From positions 1,178,001-1,242,000 of the forward strand of contig JBHGNT010000015.1 in NCBI GenBank assembly GCA_043228905.1: DNA of 64,000 nucleotides, in the 5' to 3' direction. Each line of letters begins with the position of its first letter. Position 1 is the stretch's first letter. Position numbers and translations under genes: made by a program. The DNA comes from Azolla caroliniana (lineage: Eukaryota > Plantae > Polypodiophyta). Under the pieces are notes generated by a model that made no database searches, was not told where the DNA came from, and worked only from the letters and a program-made list of their open reading frames with translations. Below, piece after piece: positions 49,401 to 58,600 of the stretch.

Positions 49401-51749
49401 ATACCGGAACCGGCCCTGATCCCGAAATGGATTCGGATGAAGAAGAATCGGAAGAACCGGTTACCGAAGCTCCGGAACGGAGATATCCTCTAAGAGAGAG
49501 AAGGGCCCCCCGGAGATTTCCGGAACCAGAGCACGTGCTGCTAACCGACGAGGGGGAGCCGGAGAGCTTTGAAGAAGCAAAACATGACACCCAGAGCCGC
49601 AGGTGGTTGAGTGCCATGCAGGACGAGATGGATTCCCTGCATGAGAACCACACATATGAACTTGTGGAGTTGCCGAAAGGAAAGCGGGCACTTCGAAACA
49701 AGTGGGTGTTCAAGCTGAAACCGGGAGATGCCGGAAACCCCCCGAGATACAAAGCCAGGATCGTGGTGAAGGGGTTTCAGCAGAAGAAGGGCGTCGACTT
49801 CGACGAGATATTCGCCCCGGTAGTGAAGATGACCTCCATCCGGACGGTGCTGAGCATAGCGGCAAGCATGGACCTCGAGGTAGAACAGATGGACGTGAAG
49901 ACGGCATTCCTTCACGGTGACCTCGAAGAAGAGATCTACATGCAGCAACCGGAAGGATTCGAGAAGAAAGGGAAGGAGCACCTGGTATGCCGGTTGAAGA
50001 AGAGCCTTTACGGACTGAAGCAGGCTCCCCGGCAATGGTACCGGAAGTTCGACTCCTTCATGACCGACGAAGGGTACCACAAAACGCAGTCCGATCACTG
50101 CGTGTTTGTGAAGAAGTTCGAAGGAGGAGACTCTCTAATACTCCTCCTGTACGTGGACGACATGTTGATCGTCGGACGGGACCAGGTCAAGATACGGATG
50201 CTGAAGAAGGCTCTTCACCGAACCTTCTCAATGAAGGACCTGGGTCCGGCGAGGCAAATACTAGGGATGCACCTCATCCGAGACCGGAAGAAGAAGCAGT
50301 TGTGGCTGTCACAGGAGAAGTACGTGACGAAGGTGCTTCACCGTTTCAACATGTCGGAAGCAAGACCGGTCGGATCGACCCTCCCGGCAAACTGCAAGCT
50401 GTCCAGCAAGCAAAGTCCCAAGACAAAGGCTGAAAAGGAGGATATGACGAAAGTGCCGTATGCCTCAGCCGTCGGGAGCTTGATGTACGCCATGGTGTGT
50501 ACGAGACCGGACATAGGATATGCAGTCGGAGTGGTGAGCCGGTACATGAGCAATCCTGGCAAAGAGCATTGGAACGCGGCCAAGTGGATACTCCGATACC
50601 TGAAAGGCACGGCAAACGTGTGCCTCCGATTCGGCTCCGGTAAGGCCAAACTCGACGGCTTCACCGATTCGGATATGTCGGCTGATGCAGATACCAGCCG
50701 GTCCACATCAGGGTATGTGATGACGTATGCAGGGGGAGCCGTTTCGTGGCAGTCGAGGCTGCAGAAGACGGTTGCATTGTCAACCACGGAGGCGGAGTAC
50801 ATGGCAGCTGTTGAAGCCGGCAAGGAAATAATATGGATGAAGGACTTCATTAGAGAGCTCGGTATCCGGCAGGAGGAGTACCGACTCTACTGCGACAGTC
50901 AGAGTGCTATCCACCTTGCGAAGAACGCGGCCTATCACTCCCGGACGAAGCACATCCAGCGAAGATATCACTGGATCCGGGAAAGGATAGAAGACAAGGA
51001 GTTCGTGCTGACAAAGATCCACACGGACGAGAACGGGTCGGATATGCTGACCAAGGTGCTCACACCCGTCGAGCTCGAAGCATGCCGGAAGAGGATCGGA
51101 TTGCAAAGACATCCCATGCCGAAGTGAAGGGGGAGTTTGTTGGGATTACGGTCCCTTTCGGATGGGATGGTCGGATGTCGGAGATGAATACCGACGAGCC
51201 CGGTTTCGGTTTCGGAACCGGATGATGAAGACCCCGGCTTCGGAGCCGGATGACGAATGTACCCGGAGAGCGATCCGGACGCAGGGACATATCCGTGAAT
51301 ATGTTTGCTATGGGCCCCTGAGGCTATAGTTGTAAATAGCCCCAAAGTCATATATGTATAAATATGACTTAGGGCAAACTGTTTTTGTTGTTGCTCATTA
51401 TTTTTCTGTTTTTCCACTTAAGAGGAGTGAAGAGGGAGCAGCCGTGAGAGTGAGAGAGAGATAGAGCGTGAGAGAGGAAGAGGACGACGCCTCTGTGTAT
51501 TTCCGCCGCCTGTGGCGAGGACAGCGAGCTCAAGGTCGTCGCCTTGTAGCTCGCCATTGTATACTTCTCTTTTGTATAGTGTTGGTTTGGAGTCTTGTAC
51601 TCCCGTGGTTTTCCCATCTAGGGTTTTCCACATTAATCACTGTGTATTCGTGTGTTTCTCTCTGTGGTCCCTATTTTCTGCTGCATTGATTCGCGATTAC
51701 TTGGTTGTGGCCGAGCGGAGGAGGTGAATCGAAGCGTCGATCCCCAACA
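46412..51749 (+). mobile_element. Full-length Ty1/copia (Tnt1/Tork-like) element C2, very recent
   Basis: 612-bp LTRs at 46412-47023 and 51138-51749 (TGTTGGG..CCCCAACA, 2 differences seen), 5-bp TSD CGTCG, tRNA-iMet PBS TGGTATCAGAGC at 47027-47038, PPT before 51138. Removing it restores G1 gag (LLETND|GLTID). Confidence 0.98.
47054..51127 (+). CDS. Copia Gag-Pol polyprotein (1357 aa): Gag, CCHC, protease, integrase, RT, RNase H
   Basis: Uninterrupted ORF with CFHCGKPGHFRKNC, VVDSGASFH, LWHKRLCH..C..C, RADNGGEY, NGLAER, YVDDML, FTDSDMS..TEAEY..HSRTKHI. Confidence 0.96.
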   Translation: MEGGGSGQPGMMVLNAQNYADWKIKMEDLLIVRDLYEPIDRSEIPKGVLESEWRLLNRKAVATIRQYVDVSVLQHVANDTNAYEMWRKLSGLYERKNALNRTSLMRKIVNLKYRDGESMVEHVSTFMGFVNQLAAIKFPLEDAMQAIILMCTLPESWENLVVTLSTSCTEDNLSLQTVKTSILNEEARRRDKEPASDSKALLTESDRGRQWNRSPQRREKSGTRSQSRGRPTCFHCGKPGHFRKNCRHYRKDNGADDTDSKKSPERNGAYRGATDRRGPDRRGQDRRGTTALAASEEEIMLITEEGELNIAGDETTWVVDSGASFHLTPERRYFSSYTAGEHGCVRMGNEGTCRIAGIGDVWLTTPTGCKMLLKDVRHVPEVRLNLISAGRLDDEGYTGSIRNGVMKFSKGSLIVARARKDNTLYLMNARLCPEELNVAADTAGELWHKRLCHMSEKGMKRLAEDNLIPVKHVHLEKCTDCLAGKQNRTSFHSRPPTRRSAPLELVHTNVCQVETKSHGGAQYFVTFIDDHSRKLWSAPLKTKDQVLCVFKELHARVERESGKKLKAIRADNGGEYRGQFQEYCRSKGIRLEFTVPKTPELNGLAERMNRTIMERVRSMLAHAKLPKGFWAEAMSTATYVINRSPSVPLDGNTPQKVWTGKEVSYRHLKVFGCLAYVHVAKDRRGKLDPKTRPCIFLGYGDDEFGYRVWDPVDKKIFRSRDIIFMEDKTLADWESEKKMKSSKSTGEDQLYEEQSRPARDRLALEDPAEDGEETEPAEEDENDTGTGPDPEMDSDEEESEEPVTEAPERRYPLRERRAPRRFPEPEHVLLTDEGEPESFEEAKHDTQSRRWLSAMQDEMDSLHENHTYELVELPKGKRALRNKWVFKLKPGDAGNPPRYKARIVVKGFQQKKGVDFDEIFAPVVKMTSIRTVLSIAASMDLEVEQMDVKTAFLHGDLEEEIYMQQPEGFEKKGKEHLVCRLKKSLYGLKQAPRQWYRKFDSFMTDEGYHKTQSDHCVFVKKFEGGDSLILLLYVDDMLIVGRDQVKIRMLKKALHRTFSMKDLGPARQILGMHLIRDRKKKQLWLSQEKYVTKVLHRFNMSEARPVGSTLPANCKLSSKQSPKTKAEKEDMTKVPYASAVGSLMYAMVCTRPDIGYAVGVVSRYMSNPGKEHWNAAKWILRYLKGTANVCLRFGSGKAKLDGFTDSDMSADADTSRSTSGYVMTYAGGAVSWQSRLQKTVALSTTEAEYMAAVEAGKEIIWMKDFIRELGIRQEEYRLYCDSQSAIHLAKNAAYHSRTKHIQRRYHWIRERIEDKEFVLTKIHTDENGSDMLTKVLTPVELEACRKRIGLQRHPMPK

Positions 51750-52826
51750 CGTCGTTCGTCTCTAAAAGGTGACCCACATTATCGCGGTCGAGCAAGTCGA
51801 ACGACTGAACAAAGAGCAGGACCTTGCTTGTGTCAAGCACGGTCCGGTCCAGTGTGGAGAGCCGTGCGTATTGCGACTTGAACTCCTGAAGGAGCGCCGA
51901 TGCATTCCGACCTTTGCCAGGGCTGTCAACCCAATCCATGAAAGCCTTTTTCGATAGCCGGAGCGAGTCATCGAAGTTGTACCGTTCGAGAATCTGCTCC
52001 GTGAAGTTTGCCCAATTGCGACAACCCACTTGTACTTCGAGCGCTTCCGCATGGATGCCCGGCGCCACGACCTGAGGAAACCCGGTCAACCATCTATCCT
52101 CCGGAATATTCCTAATCTACATCTTAGAGTTGTAGGCCACCAACTAACTCATGGTGTCTTTCCCACTGAACCGGCCTATCTTGTTGACCGTTGCTTCTAT
52201 TGCCCCGTCAAGGGCACTCATGCCCTCACGAGCGCTAACCAGGCGGTCTACAACCACCGCCATCGCTTCGGCGAGTTCTCTGCTTCTCATCTTCAGATTA
52301 CTTTGCCGTCTCTGTGTTTCACGTCGGGTTCACCAAATATGTCGCGGTATTCCGTGCGGATGCATAGAAACGGGGCACGACCACGGTGGTCTGGAACCAA
52401 GGAATCGAGAAAGGAAGAAGAGGCCCACGCATCGCGTACACACAAACACCGTGAATAGACAAAGAGGAGTAGGAAGGAGGTCGTCGTAGGTTTCGGACTC
52501 AATGCAGGACGAGTGAATAGCAACACGAGAACGACACAATAGAAAAACAACGTAAAGCAATGGAATAGGTTATCAATAGTAGTTAGGACGCGCACGTGAA
52601 GCACAGGGAATACAACCGGTTAGAGCCGGGAATAGAGCTTTGAGTTCTAGAGAAAACACATGAAAAAGGGGACCTCTGGACGGGAGCACACGGGTGTCTG
52701 ACGCGAGCCGAGTGTTCCTTCCAGGGTTTGGTCATAGAGGTTTGGAAGAGAACGAGAGAGCGAGCTACTTCTTCCTGTTTGGCAGCGTCTTCTCCTCAAA
52801 ACATCGATCCCTCAAACAATTTGAGG

Positions 52827-53765
52827 TGACAGGAATGCACACTCCCTTCAACCACACTCGGCCACAACTGAGTCTCGAATCATACACAGAAAAACGGGAA
52901 TGAATGCACGACACAGTGAAGAGAAGAGTACACATGATGTTTACGTGGAAAACCGAAATACGGGAAAAACCACGGCAGCCCACAGACTGCAAACTATCAC
53001 TATGTCAGAATGTACAAAATGGTAAAGCACCGAAGCAACGACCTCGAGCTTTCTATCTTCGCCATAGGCGGCGGTTACAACAGAGGCAACGACCTCTTCC
53101 TCTCTCTCACTCTCTCTGTACACAATTGCACGCACAAACTCCCCCTTCACTCCTATGGGTGGAGTTGGTCAGTGCTATCCTATGTTGATAGACTCTGAGT
53201 TTGTCCATCAGTAGGTTTTTCATGAGCTTGTTGGATCCATTATCGTCAGTATGGATCTTCCAAGGGTGAACTCTCCTTCCTCCACTTTCTTCCGAATCTA
53301 GTAATACCTTCTTTGTATGTGTTTGGTTCGGGAGTGGTACATTGCATTCTTGGCTAGATGTATGGAACTCTGGCTATCACAAGGAAGTACGAACTCCCTT
53401 TGCTTCATTCCCAGCTCACTGAAAAAGTTTCTCATCCAAAACAACTCTTTGCCGACCTCTACCGCTACCATATACTCTGCCTTTGTGGTTGACAAGGCCA
53501 TAAACTTCTGCAGACATGCCTGCCATGATACTGCTCCCCTTGCATAGGTCATCACGTAGCCAAATGTGGATTGTGTCGAATACGAGTGTATAATGGCCGT
53601 ATTCACACTGTCCCTTTGGACAACCCAAGTTTGGGATATTTCTGTAAATAGCATAAAGGGCAGTTGCCCTAGGCTAGTCACTATATAAAGTGACTTTGTA
53701 ACTTTTAGAAAAGGTTGGTTGTCGTTTTGTAACTGTTGCTATAAGAAATAAAACGTTTCTTTGTG

Positions 53766-53805
<40 letters not shown>

Positions 53806-54270
53806 TGTATCTTGTTTCATTCTCATACACAGGTCCTGCAACATCATAGATGTTGTTTGTTCTTTCACACTAACGACCTTGTCCCCAACAGATCGGCTAG
53901 AGTCTGTATCGGCTTACCGCTCCCACAACAAATGTTATGTCTGGTCTCGTGCAGACCATAGCATACATTAAACTGCCGACGACTGAGGCATATGATACTT
54001 TCCTCATTTTAGCCTTTTCTTTCTCCCCTCTAGGATATTGCTTCACATTCAACTTGCAGTTAGTCGATAACACAGAGCTGACTGGATTTGCTTCTAACAT
54101 GTTGAACCTCTCCAAGATCTTTGTCACATACTTCCCTTGTGACAACCACAACACTTTCTTAGTTTTGTCCCGAACTATGTGTTTCCCGGTCCAAGATGTT
54201 TCATTGCAAACAACTTGCCTAAATTATTGTTTCTTCAACCTCACGATCTGATTCCTGTCTCGTCTGACTA
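52827..54270 (-). mobile_element. Degenerate Ty1/copia element C3 (3' end), inserted in the G1 5' LTR
   Basis: Internally deleted LTR 52827-53136 similar to the C1 LTR, PPT AACTCCCCCTTCAC, RNase H and RT remnants (ORFs 53298-53681 and 53897-54154). Confidence 0.85.
53574..53890 (+). mobile_element. Probable solo LTR (~317 bp) inside C3 RNase H
   Basis: TGTCG..CCCCAACA termini, TATA-like TATATAAA, (CT)n tract, and flanks GATTG/GATCG (5-bp TSD with 1 mismatch). Removal rejoins the copia D-S-S-R-S-T codons. Confidence 0.7.
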
Positions 54271-54280
54271 TCATATGCAT

Positions 54281-55660
54281 GGGGGCACCTATTTAAATGG
54301 TGAAAGAGAAGATCAAAGGGGGAGAGGTATGAGATATCAATCAAATATATATTACATAAGAGATACCATAAAATAGAGAAAGAAAGGAAGAAGTTCAACA
54401 TAAAGGTGGAGCTCTAGCTTGGCGATCGCGGTGGTCAACTCTTAACAAGAGGGAGGCGGTTCGAGCCTTATCTTCATCAAAATATTGAAGTGAAGATTGT
54501 TGTGGCCTACTATCAAGAAAGAGAAGAGCGATTATCTTGTGAGACCAAGTTCGAAGAATCAACGACGCTTACCACTTTTGTAACTCTTTCATCAAATAAT
54601 TATAAATCTCTTTTATTCCTTCAAATATCATTCAATATCCTTTCTTGTCATATCTTGTTGATCTCTATTTACTCTATCTCTACTCTTTCGTCTCTTCCGT
54701 CCATAATCCCAGTGATTCCTTCCTCACTTTCACAATATCTTTTGTCTATGCAACGCTACGCTTCTAGGCAAGCCATGCCACGACACAATTTGGCACTCTC
54801 CCTACCAAGAAGTTGGATCGAAACAACTTTGCATCTTGGGAGTACAAGATGCACCAATACCTTGTCGGACAAGGCTATTGGAGCTACATCAAAGGAGCAC
54901 ATGAAGACCAACCCTTCGAAATGGCTCCCGGATATGCGACATGGGAGCAAGCCACAAGCCGCATGATGTATTGCTTGGCGACATGTGTTCACGATCACAT
55001 CCTCAACTACATTCAAGAAGCCAAGACACCGAAGGAGGCATGGGAAAATCTATGAAAGATTTTCGCGGCGAACACAACCGCAAGAAGGCTTCAACTTCGC
55101 CAAGAGTTGAACAACATTCAACAAAGGGACATGTCCATCACGACATACACCTTGAAGATCAAGGAGCTTTGCGACTCGCTCGGCTCGATAAGCGTAAATA
55201 TCAATGATGATGAGATGGTGAAAATATGCCTCGGCAGCCTTGCACCACGGTTCAGCGCGATGCGAACCGCCGTTCTAGCAAGGGAGAAATCTCCCTCCTT
55301 CTTCAAGCTCCAATCAATGCTATTCGTCGAAGAAAACTACGTGCGTACAAGGAGCAATGAGTCGGAAGGCCACATGCTCTACTCGCTCTCGAACGGAGGA
55401 AGACAACGCGGACGAGTGAGAGGCCAATTCGGCCAAGGACAAGACAGACGAGGTCTGACCTACGACAACAACTCCCAATTTCGGCTGCAAAACGGAAGCC
55501 AACGAGGAACCTTCGCAAGAAGCGGAAGCTTCCACTCCGGCCCAAGCCGTCAAAATGCAACTGAATGCAGATATTGCGGAAAGCTCGGCCACCACGAAGA
55601 AGAGTGCCGAAAGAAGATGCGCGAATCAGCTTCCACAAGCCGACAACTCATGAATTACTT
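54281..55660 (+). mobile_element. Ty1/copia element C5 of a different family: 5' region and gag, interrupted by G4
   Basis: KLDRNNFASWEYKMHQYLVGQGYW..AKTPKEAWENL*..RQELNNIQQ..CRYCGKLGHHEEEC (UBN2-type gag plus zinc knuckle). Possible LTR end ..TTCAACA at 54400. Confidence 0.85.
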
Positions 55661-58600
55661 TGTCGTGGAGAAAACCGTCCCTAGGTGGAAACTGGGTATA
55701 ACGTGTGTAAACCGGCCCTTACACGTAGGCACAAGTTTTGTTGTATAGTACGTAGATAGGTACAAGTAGGCTGAGGTGAAATTCTAGGTAGCACACACTC
55801 ATTGGGGAGAAAATCGAGGCGTATCCCTGTCTGAAAGGATAGGGAATAAACATGATGTAACGGGTGGTAACGGCCTCCCTCCTTCGGCTATAAAAGAGAG
55901 GGAGAGGTATTGTAAAGGGGATCGCGTTTTGTGGAGGACGAAGTGCTGCCGGACTGGAACCGAGCTCTTCTCCTCTGTTGTCTCCATAGTCGTTCTGTGG
56001 AGGTTTTCGGGAGGTTGACTCTGGTCCACGAAACGCCCGAGTGCTTCCGGCAGAGTCTCCATCTCACGTTCTGTGTGTGTGTGTGCAGACGTCCTTGCCG
56101 GTTGTAACTCCTTGATTTATATATACATATACATTCGTTCTGTCCCTATTGTTCAGAGTTAGTTTTAACTCTTGTGAATCTGTGTGTCTGTGCGCGTGTG
56201 AAGTACATCGGTAGTTTCCTTCCCCTCTTCTCATTCGGTTATTTCTCGGTCCAAGGCCCCCATAGTCCCGCCTCGTTCTCCACGCACGCGCGTAACAACG
56301 CGACATATTTGGTGAACCCGACGTGAACAGGCGGTAGAGGAATAGAAAGATGAGAGGGTCGGATCTTGCATAAGTCATGGCTTCGGCTGTGGATTAGATA
56401 ATGAGTACGTGCGAAGGCATAGGCGCCCTTGATAGGGCTATTGAAGCAGTCGTCGACACGATAGGCCGGTTCGGTGGGAAGGACGCCATGAGCTATTTGG
56501 AGGCTTACCGAGCCGAAATGGTGATGAGGGACATCCCGGAGGACAGGCGACTGGCCGGATTCCCTCGGGTGGCGATGCCGGGCATCCACGAGGAGGTGCT
56601 TGAGGTACGAGCTGAGAGTCGGACCTGGGAAGAGTTAGAAGGTCGGCTCCTTGAAAAATACGGGCTTGATGACGCGCTTCGGCTATCGAAGCGGGACTTC
56701 ATGGAATGGGTGGAGACCCCCGAAAAGGGGAGAAACGTGTCGGTGCTCCTTCGGGAGTTTGAAGAACGCTTCACACGACTTTCGCCACTGGACTAGACCG
56801 TACTGGACACAAGTTGTGTCCTATTGTTCGTTAAATCAGTGGATGTAAGGGACCGGGAGCAAGTGGGCTTCCTGCTGGAGACCGATGACGTCCTAACAAC
56901 CGACTGGGCCGTGGTAAAGCGAGTCTGCGGCCGTTTTGACAAACGGCATGAGTGGGCCGATAAAGGCTTTAAGGGGGCGGGTTCTGTTGCGACAAGGAAG
57001 GTCGAGGTACCCCCACCGGTGCGAAGGGCTCGACCCGAGACTGGCTCGAGACCGGCTCGACTTCGACTAGCATGGTCAAAGGCTTGTCTAGAGGAGCGGC
57101 TCTGGAGGAGCTGACTCATATGGTGCGGGACCTCCAGATTGCACAAGCAAGGAGGGACGACGGCGAACAAATCCGTGACCGAAGGCCTTCGACTGGGAAC
57201 CAGTGCTTGTGGTGCGACGCGGTCGGCCAGCCCGAAAGGACTGCGGGGACTTTGCCGAAGTGATAAGAGCTAACGTGGTGTACCTATGGAACGGTCGGGT
57301 GCATGCTAGTGAGACCGAAAGGGTCCTCGATCTGGATGTTGGACGAGGGGGTATGAAACGACTGATGGAAGAAGTGGTGACTCGCCACACAGAGACTGTC
57401 CACTACTCGGCGTCAGCTGGAATCTGGGTCGGAAGTGATGAAGTCTGGAAGACGAAGGAAGCCGGATTCTAGCCGTTGATGGTGGAGGGCCTTGCCGGTG
57501 TACGGCTGAGGAAAAAGGAAGCGAACCGCGCGGAAAGACGGGTCCGGGAGGCAACCGGGTCGAATGACCCGATCGAAGAGAAGACGGGCTTCGTTGAAGC
57601 CGCTTGCCAAAACTACGAGGTTCTGGTGGAGGACAAGCATGTGGATAAGATCGGAGGGGCCGGACCCTCACAACGGTATGAGACCCGGTTCGGGCAAAAG
57701 TAGAATGATGCCTATGCGATCGACGCACCGGATAAAGCCAAGAGGGCCGGGTACCGATTAAGCACGGAGATCGAGAGGACCACGGACCTGCGAAAGGTCC
57801 TCGAGGAATGTATCCTCGACAACAAAGTGGAGCTGTCACTGAGGGAAGTGCTCAGAATCGCCAAGAAGGAGTTCCACGACTCCATCGTGGACTTGGTGAA
57901 GCGGAAAAGGCTTTCGACAGAGCCGGAGCCGGAGAAGCCGGTGGAGATGTGATCGACGCACCTAGAAGACATGGCTCTAGAAGATGAGTTGGAGGAGAGC
58001 CACTATTCAAGGCCACATTGGGCTAGAGCAACCACGGAGACCCCCGTTAAGATAAGAGATGTTCAGGAGCCGGTGGTGGCGTTGGTGGACCACGGTTCAG
58101 AAATCAACTTGATGTCCATGGACTTCTACAAGAAGGGGAAGTGGCCGATCAACACCAAGCACGGGTGGAAAATACGGGCAACAACACGCGCCACGGAAGA
58201 GCTGCATGGAGCTTGCCCGAATGTACAAGTGAAAATCGGCGATGTGGAGATTGATCAGCACTTCTTCGTGCAGGAGACGTCCTCGCATCCGGTTATACTC
58301 TGGGAACCGTACATCACGGCGGCACAGATGGAGACAAAGGTGCTGGACAACGGTTCGGCATATGCACGAGTCAAGAGCCAAGATGGGTGTCACTCGGTTC
58401 AGTTCTTGACAGTGCGACCGAACCATGAGCGTAACGGCGAGACCCTCCATGGCGAAAACTGAGGGGATTTTTAGAGAGGGCTATCAAGGCGTGGGGCCGC
58501 GATAGTCCGGACACCCCAGAAAAACCCCACAGATGTACTATAGGAAAAAAGACCTGCACCATAGGTAGGAAATTTTGGTTCTCCGATAGCGGAGGTTGTA

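Larger units (their letters stand above)
33504..52826 (-). mobile_element. Ty3/gypsy element G1 (oldest, outermost host of the nest)
   Basis: 3' LTR 33504-33926 (internally deleted), PPT 33927-33940, integrase C-terminus ~34010-34772, gag remnants 45758-46411 and 51750-52290, PBS 52318-52335, 5' LTR from 52340 (interrupted at 52827). The two LTRs are roughly 88-90% identical by eye. Pairing them as one element is inference. Confidence 0.75.
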
